A DNA stretch of 64,000 nucleotides from Patescibacteria group bacterium (GTDB lineage Bacteria; Patescibacteriota; Microgenomatia; UBA8517), in assembly GCA_022868165.1 (NCBI GenBank), contig JALHYA010000010.1, forward strand, positions 375 to 64,374, written 5' to 3'. The position numbers were made by a program, and so were the translations under genes. Position 1 is the stretch's first letter; every line of letters begins with the position of its first letter. Below are positions 1 through 10,900 of the stretch, piece by piece. The notes beneath the pieces are model-generated. The model searched no databases. It had not been told where the DNA came from and was given only the letters and a program-made list of their open reading frames with translations.

Positions 1-3000
1 GTGCTGACGGTTCCGTACTGGGGAACCCTTTGGAGCATTACTCTCTGGTTCGTAGTTGCGGTTCCCAAGTTGGTATCATCGCTTGCCCCGTTTCCGTAGT
101 ATTTTTTCTTAGCAGTTGTAAAGGTAACCACATTACTTGAGACGGAGTAAATTTTCATAAATTCGTAATTTCCAGTATTTGTACTGTTTGTTGATATTCC
201 TTGTAGGTTACTCATAAGGGCGATGTCTCCCGCGGAAAGACAACCGGTTGCCGGGGTAGAGGAGAGGGTGGCGGTGGTTACCGTATGGCCGTGTATGTTT
301 GTGGTAGTACTAAGAGAGGATATATTGTAGTTGATAGCTTCGGCACAAGTATCACCGGCAGCGGTATTTATAAAGGTATTGAGATTCGTGTTGGTGGTAA
401 AGGTAATATTTCCGTCTCTGCCATCCCCGGTAATTGAGCCTATTGTTAAATACCTTCTTACCCACCCCGTTCCGGGAGTGTTGTTTTGTGCTTTTTGGCT
501 GGTTTCTGTTCCGAATATCCATCCGTCCCCGTCAGCATCCTGTACCCAGAGATTGGTTTCTTTTATCTGCCCTCCGTCTTCAAATCTCCACCAGGCGATG
601 GAGCCGTTTCCGGTGGGGTTGGGTGCATAGTTCATATCTTCGGCAATCTGAGTTACGGAGCGGGCATAGTTGTAGATACGAACATCGTCAAATACTCCTT
701 TTGCATAGGCACCTCCGCACGTTGCCGCTCTTCCAATATTCATGTCACTGGTATTGGTAGGTAAATCCATGTTAAATGAGCCAGGGGTTCCTTCTAATTG
801 GCCGTTTATGTATATATAAACTTTTTGCGCAGCTTTATCATAAACCCCGGCTAGGTGATACCATGTCCCAACCTGGGCCGTAGTGGTTGAAATAGTGCTT
901 GCCCCTTGGCCAGGAGTGTTGGTGGCAACTTGAGAAATGAATCTCTGTGAGCCTTCCACCCCGTTGTCCATATATAAACCCCAAAGGATCCAAGGATCTG
1001 CACAAGGACTAACCTCCTTAGCAATTAATCGAGTCCAGTCACTACCCTTTCCGTTATATTTGAACCATGTTTCAAGAGTCAATGAACCAGTAAGGTTTAG
1101 AGAGGAACTGGCAGGTACGGCTATATAATCACTCGTTCCATTGAAACTTCTGGCTCGAGAGTATTTTCCGGCAACAACTATAGCTCCATTTGCTCTGCCT
1201 TCATTGCTGGTACCTGAATAATCCCTAACATTTCCTCCGCTCCCTTGGGTTAAGTCGTTAATTGCGATTGAACCTCCGGTTTCAATTATTATTGAATAAT
1301 CGTCGTTTCTGACTATTTGCTGGTCTTTTTTAATAGTAAGAGTTTTATATTGTTTTATTGTGATATCACCGTGGTCGGCTCCGTCTATATTGGTTTCCGG
1401 AGATGAAAGAAGGGTATTGGGGAAGTAGCAATTTTCGGTAAGGGCAAAACTTCCTCCAAGAATCGGCTTACAGGAACTCCATGTTGAAGATATATTTGAG
1501 GTTGTTACCGTATAATTTATGGTGATGTCGTCTAATGTGGGAGTTGTTATCCCGTCTCCGGTAAAAACGACTTTGTAGTAGAAGTTTCCTCCCGTCCAAC
1601 CTAGAGGAGCTAGGCTTATGGTGTTATTGTAGCCGGTTGTTAAATTATCAGTTCCACCAACTGCGCCCGATGAGTTATACCAAACAGTTCCGTCGTTGGA
1701 GAAAGCTACCGTTGCCGTCGTGACGCCGGGTAGGGTAGCGAGGTTATATATAAAACTATTGATACTGCTTATATTTTGGATACCAGCGAGAAGGTTCGTC
1801 GAAATTATGGTGGAGGAGGTGAGGTAGGTAAAGTTATTCATATCGGCTTGAATTTCAGCCTGGGTGCGGGCGTAGTTGTAGATGCGAACATCGTCGATTT
1901 GGCCGTTGAAAAATCGACTTGCTGCATTTGGGTCATTCCCGATGATGAGAGTTGCTGTGGTTGAGGTTACAAAATTGCTTCCAGTGGGAGCGGTAGCACC
2001 TACATTTCCATCGACGTAGATTTTTGCAGTCGTACCGTCATAGGTAGCAGCAATGTGATGCCAAGCATTATCTTTTACATTTGTTGAGCTTGCGGGGCTA
2101 ATATATGTAGTGCCATTGTAGAAGTCGGCCCTAACGCCGCCACCAGTATGGATACTCATCTGATAGCCGTTATTTCCACTTACCTTATAAATTATTCCTG
2201 AATAATCATTGGTCGCTGCGGTCTTTATCCAGGCCTCCAACGTAATCGAGCCAGCGATGTTTAAGCTGGTAGACTGAGGTGCTGAAATATAATCGGTTGT
2301 TCCATTAAAACTTCTCGCGTTTACATATTTTCCTGCAACAATATTTGTTGGAGTTGGGTAACGTACAATGACGATGCCGGACCCGCCATCCCCACCCTTG
2401 TTAGTGGCATTATAGTGTGAACCTCCTCCGCCTCCGCCACCCGTATTTGCTCCAGCGTTACCTCCGGGCGTGTTAGTTTGAGCGTTGATAACACCTCCAC
2501 CACCGGGAGAACCATTATTTAAACCGGAACCCCCTGTTGTAGTGCAAACAGCACCACCTCCGCCCCCTCCCGCACCGCCATTTCCTCCACAGCTGGAGTA
2601 ACCACCGCCTCCACCTCCACCGCCCCAGTAGAGACTGGTACCGTTTATTGAGCTTTGAAAACCCGCACCTCCGTTTGCCTGATTATTTCCACTTGCTCCG
2701 ACGGCTCCGGCACCACCTCCACCACCCGAATAATACTGATTTCCTTGATTTCCTCCTGCATATCCTTGTCCGCCAGTTCCGGCTCCTCCAGTTACAGTCC
2801 CTGGGGCTACAGGCTGATTATTGTATCCTGATGCTCCTCCACCAGAACCTCCGGCCGCGCCCGCCGACCCTGGAGTATAGGTATTTGGGGAACTTCCGCC
2901 ACGTCCTCCGCCAACGGCGGTTAGGGTACCAAAGACGGAATCCTGACCATTTGTGGCAGAGAGAATAAATTGGTGGACTGTAGGGTTTCCGTTGGCACTC

Positions 3001-6000
3001 CCAGCCGGTGCACCAAAACCTCCCGCACCTACATTTACCGTGATCGGCGTATTGGCGGTACAAGCATATGTCGCATTGTAAATAACCCCACCGCCTCCAC
3101 CTCCGCCACCCATATCCATACCGCCTCCACCTCCGCCGGCAACTGCAAGGACTTCAACATTACCGCTTGATGTGCAGGTGAAAGACACGTTTTGAACGGG
3201 GGTGATAATGACTTTTCCGGGAGCACCATTGGTTGCGGCGGGTCCACCCGTCCCCGATCTGCCGTTATCTGTATCCGTTGCGTTTGCGGGAGTAGCGCCA
3301 CTTCCCGCGGTTGTTGTGGCATTAGTTACCCCGGTTCCTCCGATATATCCCGATCCACCACCTCCGCCTCCCATATCATTGGCTTCCTGGTAGCCTCCTG
3401 CACCTCCGCCGTACCATCCGCCTCCTCCGCCTCCGCCGTAAGAATAGGGTGAAGCGGGGTGTCCGCCTGTGGGTTGTACTCCGGCAGTACCGGGATAGGT
3501 GGCGCATGATCCTCCTGCGCCCCCGGAAGCCTGCCCACCGCCTTTACCCGCACACGATTGGGTATAGGAGATTCCATCAGCCCCTGTTGAACCTCCACCA
3601 GCACCACCCTGTTGTCCGTTTACTGCGCGGCTTGATCCGCCACCTCCACCACCGCCAGCAGTAAGGTAATCGACGCCACTATAACGAATAGCAGAACGAC
3701 CACCACCTTGACCACCATAACGGCAGTCCGTTCCACCACAAGAAAGACCGCCCCCGCCGTAACTATTGGCGGGATTTGAGACTGATCCATTACCTCCGCC
3801 AGCACCCACCATTACCGTTAGAACTTGGTCGGGTGTAACCGCTAGTGTGCCTGTGGTATATCCGCCACCTCCACCAGGAAAGCCGTAAGTCCAGCCACCG
3901 AGATTACCGCCTCCACCACCTCCACCCCACATTTTGACGGTAATCGACGTTACTCCAGCAGGTACTGTATATGATTGGTCTGCTCCGCTATAGAAGAAAG
4001 CGGACCTGCCACTTGAGGTAAATGTATGGATAGTGTATCCACCAGAATAGGTAATAACTCCGCCGGTGGCGCTTGTTGCATTATATGTCCCGTTATTTCC
4101 GTTTCCCGAAGAATCAGCAACTGAAACTCCTGATGTCTCATCTATTTTCCAGAATCCTGCATTTGGGACAAAAGTGTTTATTTTTACCTGACTGCCGGCG
4201 ACCTGATATCCGGATGAGGAACCTGTATTTATTTTGGATGTGTTATCGTATGGGTCGGTTCCGTTGGTTGAACTGTCGGTAAATCCAGTAACTGTGTAAC
4301 TTAAGCTTATATCATCCAAAACTGGGGTAAAGGAGCCGTTACCAGTAAATGCGATTTTGTAATAGAAGTTTGCCCCGGACCAGCCCAGATTGTGAACGTT
4401 TATTGTATTATTTTCCCCGGTTGTTAAATCGTCTGTTCCGTCCGTTCCTGCAGAGTTATACCAGCCAGTAGTACCATTTTGACTGAATTGGATGGTTGCG
4501 GTTGTTGTCCCTACGGGTTTTGAGGAGAGGTTATATGAAATAGTATCAATGCTGTCTATTCCGGTAAGACCAGTAAGGACATTTGTTGATTGGACAGTGG
4601 AGGATGTAACATAGGTTGGAGTCAGTTGGTTACTTGTCGCTGCGGGATTGGCACTACCCGAGGTTGTAGTAACGTAGGTTGTTGCGATTCTTCCTACCCC
4701 GCCATTTCCTCCGTTTGATGAAGCCGTTCCCCCGGTAGCAGCCACCAGGTTTGTGCCTAGGGTTAAGCTTGCGGCTGCTTCCAGTTTAACGCTACCTCCT
4801 GAACCTCCTCCGCCACCCTGAGCTCCCGTTCCGTTTGCACCGTTAGACTGGATACTGCCGGTAACACTGACTGTATCGGCAGCAACATAGACGATACCAC
4901 CACCTCTGCCTCCTATCCCGGGTGAGACTCCGTATGCCCCAGCTCCGCCGCCAGAACCCAACATCAAGTTGGAAAGATTGGCGACTCCGTATGTTCCACC
5001 TCCACCTCCACCACCACCATTGCCGTAAACAGAATCCGAACCACCATTACCTGAAGTGCCGGTTCCTCCGTCGACACCCGTGCAAGGGGAGCCCCAACAT
5101 ACACCTCCATAACCGAAAGTGCCGTGACCTGCGCCACCGCCGGTTCCGGTTACTCCGCCCCCACCACCACCAGCCCCTCCTTTGGTGGCGGATCCGTTTG
5201 CAATAACGCCGGCATTTCCTCCGGCTCCACCTCCCCCTCCACAATATCCATAACCGCCAACAGTCCACATATTTCCTGATCCCCCTCCTCCTGCTGCTCC
5301 ATTTTCCGGTGCATAAGTATTATCAACCGATCCATGGCCGCCCACACCGCAAAATGATTCTCCTCCTTCTCCTCCTGCCTTTGGGTCTATACCTCTAGTA
5401 TCTCCACCCCGGAAGGCGGTACCAGAAGTGCTTATGGTTCCCGCCACCGTTACCGCCCCTCTGGCCCTAAAGGCTAAAATTCCTCCCTTTCCACCATTCC
5501 AAGAGCCGGCAGAAAGTGTATATCCGCTGTTGACGGTTACATCTACATAATTTGGAACCCGCTGGACGGTTACTCTCTGTCCCGTAAGAGTTGAATTTGA
5601 ATCTGTTGCCCCGTAGATTTTTTGAACATTCGAAGTAAACGTGATTGTATTTCCCGAAACGCTCTGAACAGTCAAGAATTCATAATTTCCGACATTGCCA
5701 TTATTGGTCCCGTCTCCTTGTTGGCTAATTAGCATTACTTCATCTCCGGCTACGATTCCATTGGGGTCGGTGCTGCCCCTGACTTCCATTTCGGTAAAGT
5801 TAAGATAGTCAGAAACGGTCATTAGAAGTCTGACATACTTTCCAGAGGTGGGGGTGATATCCATGGTTGTAGGTCTGCCTGCCTGTGTATTGACAGCTGT
5901 ATAGACGTCAACCTGTTCTCCAGCAAAAGCCCCGGTTGTTGAGACCTGGATTTTGTAGTTGTCAACTCGATCTCGGCAGCAGGTGAACCTGTTCCAGAGC

Positions 6001-6512
6001 TTAATTTGAGTGATGGTTGAGGTAGCCCCAAGGTCAACTTTCCACCAGCCGACCTCACTATTAGTATGGCAAACATTAAGCAGGTCGCCATCGTTACAAA
6101 GATTGGCGCTTAAACCGCTATAAACACTGCTTTGGCTTGATGTTTTATTAAGAGCCAGTAAACTATTCCCTGTAGTTACACTGTTTGCTCCTATTGTGAG
6201 AACATCGTAATTTACTCCGTCTGCATAAGATCTTCCCGCGGCTATTATGTCTGTATTAATATTTTTGTTGGCTGAAATGGTTACCGACTCGTCAGCACCA
6301 TCTCCTGTGTCGAGATTGGCATACTTAAGTTTAAGTTGCCCGTTGGTAAGCTGGTAATTGGAAGAACTTCCGGTATTTATTTTTGAAAAGCCGGCAAACG
6401 AATCAGAAACCGTAGCAGCAAAAACAGGAGTTGGTCCCATACTCAAAGACACGGAAAACATTAAAAGTGCAAGTAGAATGGCTTTTTGAATTTTCTTTAT
6501 TCTTTTTTTCAT
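1..6512 (-). CDS. Giant secreted multidomain surface protein, >2170 aa, 3' end beyond window: signal peptide, AgmC-like domains, F-type lectin, LamG domains, Gly-rich domains
   Basis: Read manually. ATG at 6512 overlaps the TGA of 6509..7042 (ATGA). Begins MKKRIKKIQKAILLALLMFSVSLSMGPTPVFA; same frame reads VMLQRVPQYGTVS at the left edge. No in-window stop, which explains its absence from the ORF track. Motifs CHT..WWKVDLG..WNRFTCCRDR, FNGTTDYI..TLEAWIK, GQIDDVRIYN. Confidence 0.9.
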   Translation of the reverse strand, partial: MKKRIKKIQKAILLALLMFSVSLSMGPTPVFAATVSDSFAGFSKINTGSSSNYQLTNGQLKLKYANLDTGDGADESVTISANKNINTDIIAAGRSYADGVNYDVLTIGANSVTTGNSLLALNKTSSQSSVYSGLSANLCNDGDLLNVCHTNSEVGWWKVDLGATSTITQIKLWNRFTCCRDRVDNYKIQVSTTGAFAGEQVDVYTAVNTQAGRPTTMDITPTSGKYVRLLMTVSDYLNFTEMEVRGSTDPNGIVAGDEVMLISQQGDGTNNGNVGNYEFLTVQSVSGNTITFTSNVQKIYGATDSNSTLTGQRVTVQRVPNYVDVTVNSGYTLSAGSWNGGKGGILAFRARGAVTVAGTISTSGTAFRGGDTRGIDPKAGGEGGESFCGVGGHGSVDNTYAPENGAAGGGGSGNMWTVGGYGYCGGGGGAGGNAGVIANGSATKGGAGGGGGGVTGTGGGAGHGTFGYGGVCWGSPCTGVDGGTGTSGNGGSDSVYGNGGGGGGGGTYGVANLSNLMLGSGGGAGAYGVSPGIGGRGGGIVYVAADTVSVTGSIQSNGANGTGAQGGGGGSGGSVKLEAAASLTLGTNLVAATGGTASSNGGNGGVGRIATTYVTTTSGSANPAATSNQLTPTYVTSSTVQSTNVLTGLTGIDSIDTISYNLSSKPVGTTTATIQFSQNGTTGWYNSAGTDGTDDLTTGENNTINVHNLGWSGANFYYKIAFTGNGSFTPVLDDISLSYTVTGFTDSSTNGTDPYDNTSKINTGSSSGYQVAGSQVKINTFVPNAGFWKIDETSGVSVADSSGNGNNGTYNATSATGGVITYSGGYTIHTFTSSGRSAFFYSGADQSYTVPAGVTSITVKMWGGGGGGGNLGGWTYGFPGGGGGYTTGTLAVTPDQVLTVMVGAGGGNGSVSNPANSYGGGGLSCGGTDCRYGGQGGGRSAIRYSGVDYLTAGGGGGGGSSRAVNGQQGGAGGGSTGADGISYTQSCAGKGGGQASGGAGGSCATYPGTAGVQPTGGHPASPYSYGGGGGGGWYGGGAGGYQEANDMGGGGGGSGYIGGTGVTNATTTAGSGATPANATDTDNGRSGTGGPAATNGAPGKVIITPVQNVSFTCTSSGNVEVLAVAGGGGGGMDMGGGGGGGGVIYNATYACTANTPITVNVGAGGFGAPAGSANGNPTVHQFILSATNGQDSVFGTLTAVGGGRGGSSPNTYTPGSAGAAGGSGGGASGYNNQPVAPGTVTGGAGTGGQGYAGGNQGNQYYSGGGGGAGAVGASGNNQANGGAGFQSSINGTSLYWGGGGGGGGYSSCGGNGGAGGGGGGAVCTTTGGSGLNNGSPGGGGVINAQTNTPGGNAGANTGGGGGGGSHYNATNKGGDGGSGIVIVRYPTPTNIVAGKYVNARSFNGTTDYISAPQSTSLNIAGSITLEAWIKTAATNDYSGIIYKVSGNNGYQMSIHTGGGVRADFYNGTTYISPASSTNVKDNAWHHIAATYDGTTAKIYVDGNVGATAPTGSNFVTSTTATLIIGNDPNAASRFFNGQIDDVRIYNYARTQAEIQADMNNFTYLTSSTIISTNLLAGIQNISSINSFIYNLATLPGVTTATVAFSNDGTVWYNSSGAVGGTDNLTTGYNNTISLAPLGWTGGNFYYKVVFTGDGITTPTLDDITINYTVTTSNISSTWSSCKPILGGSFALTENCYFPNTLLSSPETNIDGADHGDITIKQYKTLTIKKDQQIVRNDDYSIIIETGGSIAINDLTQGSGGNVRDYSGTSNEGRANGAIVVAGKYSRARSFNGTSDYIAVPASSSLNLTGSLTLETWFKYNGKGSDWTRLIAKEVSPCADPWILWGLYMDNGVEGSQRFISQVATNTPGQGASTISTTTAQVGTWYHLAGVYDKAAQKVYIYINGQLEGTPGSFNMDLPTNTSDMNIGRAATCGGAYAKGVFDDVRIYNYARSVTQIAEDMNYAPNPTGNGSIAWWRFEDGGQIKETNLWVQDADGDGWIFGTETSQKAQNNTPGTGWVRRYLTIGSITGDGRDGNITFTTNTNLNTFINTAAGDTCAEAINYNISSLSTTTNIHGHTVTTATLSSTPATGCLSAGDIALMSNLQGISTNSTNTGNYEFMKIYSVSSNVVTFTTAKKKYYGNGASDDTNLGTATTNQRVMLQRVPQYGTVS

Positions 6513-7042
6513 CTTAAGGTGACTGTTGCGCTTTGAACGAGATTTTGTTCGTTTTTGACCTTCACCGTTACTCTGTAAATGTAGTTATACGAGTTTTCTA
6601 CTTTCCAAGTTCCTTTCCATTCCCCGTCGGTAGGAGTCCCGGATGATAATTGCAGGGGATAGGTGGTATCTTTGTAGTCGTCCGTGTGAAGAACAACTTC
6701 GACTCCCTTAATAGGACTTGTGTAGTTTGCCTTGACGATTATGGATTGGTTTGAACCCACTTCTGGATCTTCCGGGTCAAGTATCACCTCTGAAATTGTC
6801 GGAAGGCCTTGTACTCCTCCGCTAGTCCTATATAGCTGGGTTCCGTGGCCGATCGGGGGTGGGGTAGTGGTATAGGCGGACCAGATATTTTGTATAGGAG
6901 TTGGCGTGGGAAAGAGATTGGCGAGCTTGCCCGTGCGTAGCATATAGAAATAGACGCCCCCCAAAACCGCGGCGATAATGGCAACGATGATGAATATCCA
7001 GAAAATTAAAGGCGGCCGCTTTGTAGGCAGGTTGTTGTCCAT
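6509..7042 (-). CDS. Membrane-anchored hypothetical protein with Pro/Thr linker and Ig-like C-terminus
   Basis: N-terminal TM helix, PTPTP linker, beta-rich domain; translationally coupled to the giant gene. Confidence 0.8.
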   Translation of the reverse strand: MDNNLPTKRPPLIFWIFIIVAIIAAVLGGVYFYMLRTGKLANLFPTPTPIQNIWSAYTTTPPPIGHGTQLYRTSGGVQGLPTISEVILDPEDPEVGSNQSIIVKANYTSPIKGVEVVLHTDDYKDTTYPLQLSSGTPTDGEWKGTWKVENSYNYIYRVTVKVKNEQNLVQSATVTLR

Positions 7043-7175
7043 AACAAATTTAGTCCTCTTAAGGGCTGTTAATCTATTAAAGATAGTATGGGGGAGGAAG
7101 TCAAGCTCATTTTTAATCTACAAATCCGACAAATCTGCAAATCTACAAATCAATTGCAAATGTTAGAATTAATAA

Positions 7176-7541
7176 ATGAATAAATATTCAAATACGGATA
7201 AAGATATTCACGCACGAATTTATAAATTTACAATAGAATGCTTTTGGGAAGTGGTAAGAAAGATTCCCAAATCTACAGAAAATATTCCGATTATAAGCCA
7301 GGTTTCTTCTTCTTTGACCTCTATCGGAGCTAATGATCAAGAGGCCGATGCTGCAAACTCGAAGAAGGATTTTATTGCAAAATATATGATTGTTAAGAAA
7401 GAAACTAAGGAGACTAAATATTGGCTTAGCTTTATTAAAGATTCTGCTCTAATTAAAGAGAATATTATTCAGCCCCACATAGACGAATGCCAGGAAATTC
7501 TTCTAATAGTAAGTAAAATTATCGAAAATACGAGGCGCTAA
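7176..7541 (+). CDS. Four-helix-bundle protein (23S rRNA IVP / bAvd-like family)
   Basis: Q..SSLTSIGAN.QEA..A.SKKDFIAKY.I..KE.KET.YWL motif. Confidence 0.85.
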   Translation: MNKYSNTDKDIHARIYKFTIECFWEVVRKIPKSTENIPIISQVSSSLTSIGANDQEADAANSKKDFIAKYMIVKKETKETKYWLSFIKDSALIKENIIQPHIDECQEILLIVSKIIENTRR

Positions 7542-7569
7542 TTTCACCATTAAACCATTTATTTGTAGA

Positions 7570-7869
7570 TTAGATGATGCCTTTAGCTCTGAGAGCTTCA
7601 ATAACATTGCAAGGTTCAACAATTCCGGGGTCAATGCATTTGTAAAATATCTTTTGGCCCTCTCGTCTGTGAGTAACAAGCTTGTTTAGCCTAAGGAGAG
7701 CCAGATGTTGTGAGAGATTGGCCTTGCGGATTCCTACTTCTTTTGCAATATCGTCAACCGAGCGCTCGCGGTCCTTAATACAATTCAGTACTTCCAACCG
7801 TTTGCCATTGGAAAGCACCTTATATATATCCGCATACATTTCATACATCTGTTTCGTCTGTTTGGTCAT
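7570..7869 (-). CDS. ArsR/SmtB-family transcriptional regulator
   Basis: KVLSNGKRLEVL..SVDDIA..NLSQHLALLR..LV..RREG; probable start MTKQTK at 7869. Confidence 0.85.
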   Translation of the reverse strand: MTKQTKQMYEMYADIYKVLSNGKRLEVLNCIKDRERSVDDIAKEVGIRKANLSQHLALLRLNKLVTHRREGQKIFYKCIDPGIVEPCNVIEALRAKGII

Positions 7870-7968
7870 TTGAAACCATATTAAAGAACTGCAAGAAAGC
7901 CGTGTCAAGTGGTATTTTAGCTTCGAGCTTATATTATTAGAAATTTTTGGGGTACGATGAAATTTCGG

Positions 7969-10900
7969 TTACTGCTTCACATCTATCACCCACCAATTGA
8001 AGGTCACATCAACATTAATTGGATTGGAAAAGCCCACGGTAAAGTAGCCCGCCCCCTTACTTTTTACATAAAGAACATTGTTGAGCGTAGAGGATGTTGG
8101 TGTTACATATACTAATGTATAGTCTGATATAGAAGGATTCTTTATGGTAATCTCCGAGACTCCTGCGTTGATTATTGCCTGTCCCGCGGTTGCGTTAGTT
8201 GTTATTGTCCCATTGATGTCAGCGGAGGCAGTTGCCGCTTGTACAGCCAAGATAAACTTATCGGCGGAAACGCTGTTAAATGTAGCCGAGCCGGAGGCGT
8301 CGATGGAAGCGGCCACGGGATTGTTGATAGACCGAACGGTCAGGCCGGAAGATTCGACTACGCCTGCAACATAGAGATTTCCTTCAATTTGAACGTCTCC
8401 GTTTGTTAAAACTTTGACTTTGCCGGCCATAATTTCGACAGGAGCCATTGCTAAAGATTGCAAAGAAAGAGGAGCGCTTAAGGAGTTTACAGTATTCAGT
8501 ATTCCGTATTGGGTATTTTGGGATTGAAAAACCAGGTCGGTACCGACAGAGATAGAAGTAGAAACAGAAAGCGAGTTTATCGCTGCCTGGTCTGTCACGA
8601 AGAGATTTTGGATATTAGCAATTGCCGACGACCCCGTCGCGGTGTTAGCGTTCCAAGTTGCGGCTTGGGCCAGAAGGTTTTGGTCTTGCTCGACTTGATG
8701 CAGGAGATTTTGGATATCATCGAGCGTGGTTGATTTAATATCATCGGCGTATAAAGTGCCGGCAATACTGGCACTACTTGTAACTTGTAACTTGTCACTA
8801 GTAACTTGCCCAGAGAAGCTGGCGTTCCCGGCAGTATCCACCGATGCCACTGCGCTTCCCGAAGCATTTTGTATTACCAATTGACCGGAGTCGGTACCTG
8901 CCCCTCCGATTTGTACGGCTACATCCGTCTGGTCAGGGAGCGGTGATATCAAACGGGTTCGAACTGTATCAATATCTGCAAGTGGGGAGATAATTTTATT
9001 AGCTGTTAGCAAGTTTGAGGTTACTTCCTGAACTTGAATAGCTCCAGCCAGAATATTTCCAGCTATCAGATTTCCGAAAGCACCCAACTCGTCGATTATT
9101 TGTCCGGCTTTTGTCCATATACTGTATACAATATTTTGTATACCGTATGCCTGCTGAGATACAATTTCAAAATCTGCTAAAGAAGGAATTACCGGCGGTT
9201 TAACATCCCCGTTTGGATTAACAGTCAAATTTTCATCCTTGATATCAAAACCGGTTGCGCTCGGGTTATCGTTGAGATTTGTCCAGGTCGTATAGTCAAA
9301 TCGTGGGGCGGTGAGCCTATATGAAACTGTTGTTGGCCTGGCAGTATATATAGATAGCAAGTAGTTTCGAGTATCGACATCGTACCAAGCCCTCGTATTG
9401 CCTGCGGGGGAGAGGAGAACAACCATTTTGCCCATGTTATTTTTAAGATTTGTGGTTTTTGAAAATAGCCACAAATCCGAGCCGTTCTGTGCGTCTTTGA
9501 AGTCAATTGAATGACGATATCCGACACCCGGCACAAATTCGTCTGTCGAAACATTTCCGGTAGTTTCCTCTTTGACTCCTGTCATTCCGGAAAGATAAGT
9601 AGCGTAGCGCGTGCCGCCGATATTATAGACAGGGTCAATAGTTCCTATATCAACTTTGCCGGTTCCACCGCCGATCGTAAGCATAGTTCCGGAGCCGGTT
9701 GCTGTTATGTTTCCGTTATTTGCAATTGTGAATTTGGTGCTGCCCGAAAACGAGGCTGTAAATATATCTCCGCCGGCTTGCTGATCGACAATTAATGCTG
9801 CTTGCCCGACGTTTCCAGTGTTAATAGGATTTGTAACCATCCAATTTCCGGCCGTCAGCTCGTGGGGAGTTGTTTTTTCATTGGCCGGAAAAATAATCGT
9901 TCCTGTGCCGGTATTGTCGGCTATTTGGGAAATCCCACCGCCGACTCCATCCGCACTATCGAGAAAAAGAGTGCCTCTGAATTCGGTATCGCCTGAGAAT
10001 ATTACCCAGTCTGTAGTGGAACCCCCAAAATGGTCGGGGATTGCACTGCCGAATCTAGAATAAGCCTGACTGGTGGCGGGGATTGTGCCCGGGGTCCAAG
10101 CGGCGCCAATCTGCAAAAATCCGGTTGCCGTTAAATCTCCGGCTTTGGAGACTACCATTTTTGTTACGGAAGAAGCAGAAGCGGTTAATATGTCTTGGCT
10201 TTCGGGCTGATTGAAAATTGCCAGAGCCTTGCCGGTAAGCGCACCGTCGTTGGTAACATAAAGTTTGGAAATAATGTCTGCCGTTGTCGTTGTGCCGATT
10301 CCGACTTGATAATCCGCATTGGTAGTATAAATAAAAGGATTAGATAGAGTCCAACCTGTTGCAGCACCTGCAGAAATACAATCTACCCAAGAGCCGCCCT
10401 GGTAGCAGCGGAATTTGGGCGTTCCCGATGAATTGTAGTAAACTGCTCCTGCCGTTCCTGCAGGGTCTCCCGCATCATTTTTAATATCCAAAGCTAGAAG
10501 GTCCGGATTGCTCGAACCCGCTCCGTCGCCGATTTGAATATGCCCCGTGTCTGCTCCGAATGACTCTAGAAAGATGTTGCCGGTTGTAAGGCCGCCTAGG
10601 GTTAAGCTTTGGTTGGCTGTTGTGGCCAGGTTTCCGTCGGCCGTTAGATAAGTTGCTCCTGCGGCCCCGGCAGAGATAGAAGCTGTCGGTGGGCTTGCTA
10701 AATCTACGTTTATGAAGGCAAACTTGGCCGAATCCGTAGAATTCCCGCCGATTAGAACATCTTCGGTAAGATTTTTGGGATAAATTACTCCGCCGTTGGT
10801 GGGAGCGGTTCCTTCCGCCCATAGACCGCTTGTAGTACAGCCGGCCCCCGAAGTATCGCAGACCTGGTTTGCGCCTTGATAAATCAATTGACCATGTATT

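Noticed and set aside
331-6091. Many short track ORFs over 0.3-6.1 kb
   Set aside because: Shadow frames of the single giant minus-strand gene.
7176-7541. Diversity-generating retroelement suggested by the Avd-like protein
   Set aside because: No reverse transcriptase and no TR/VR pair with adenine-specific differences seen.
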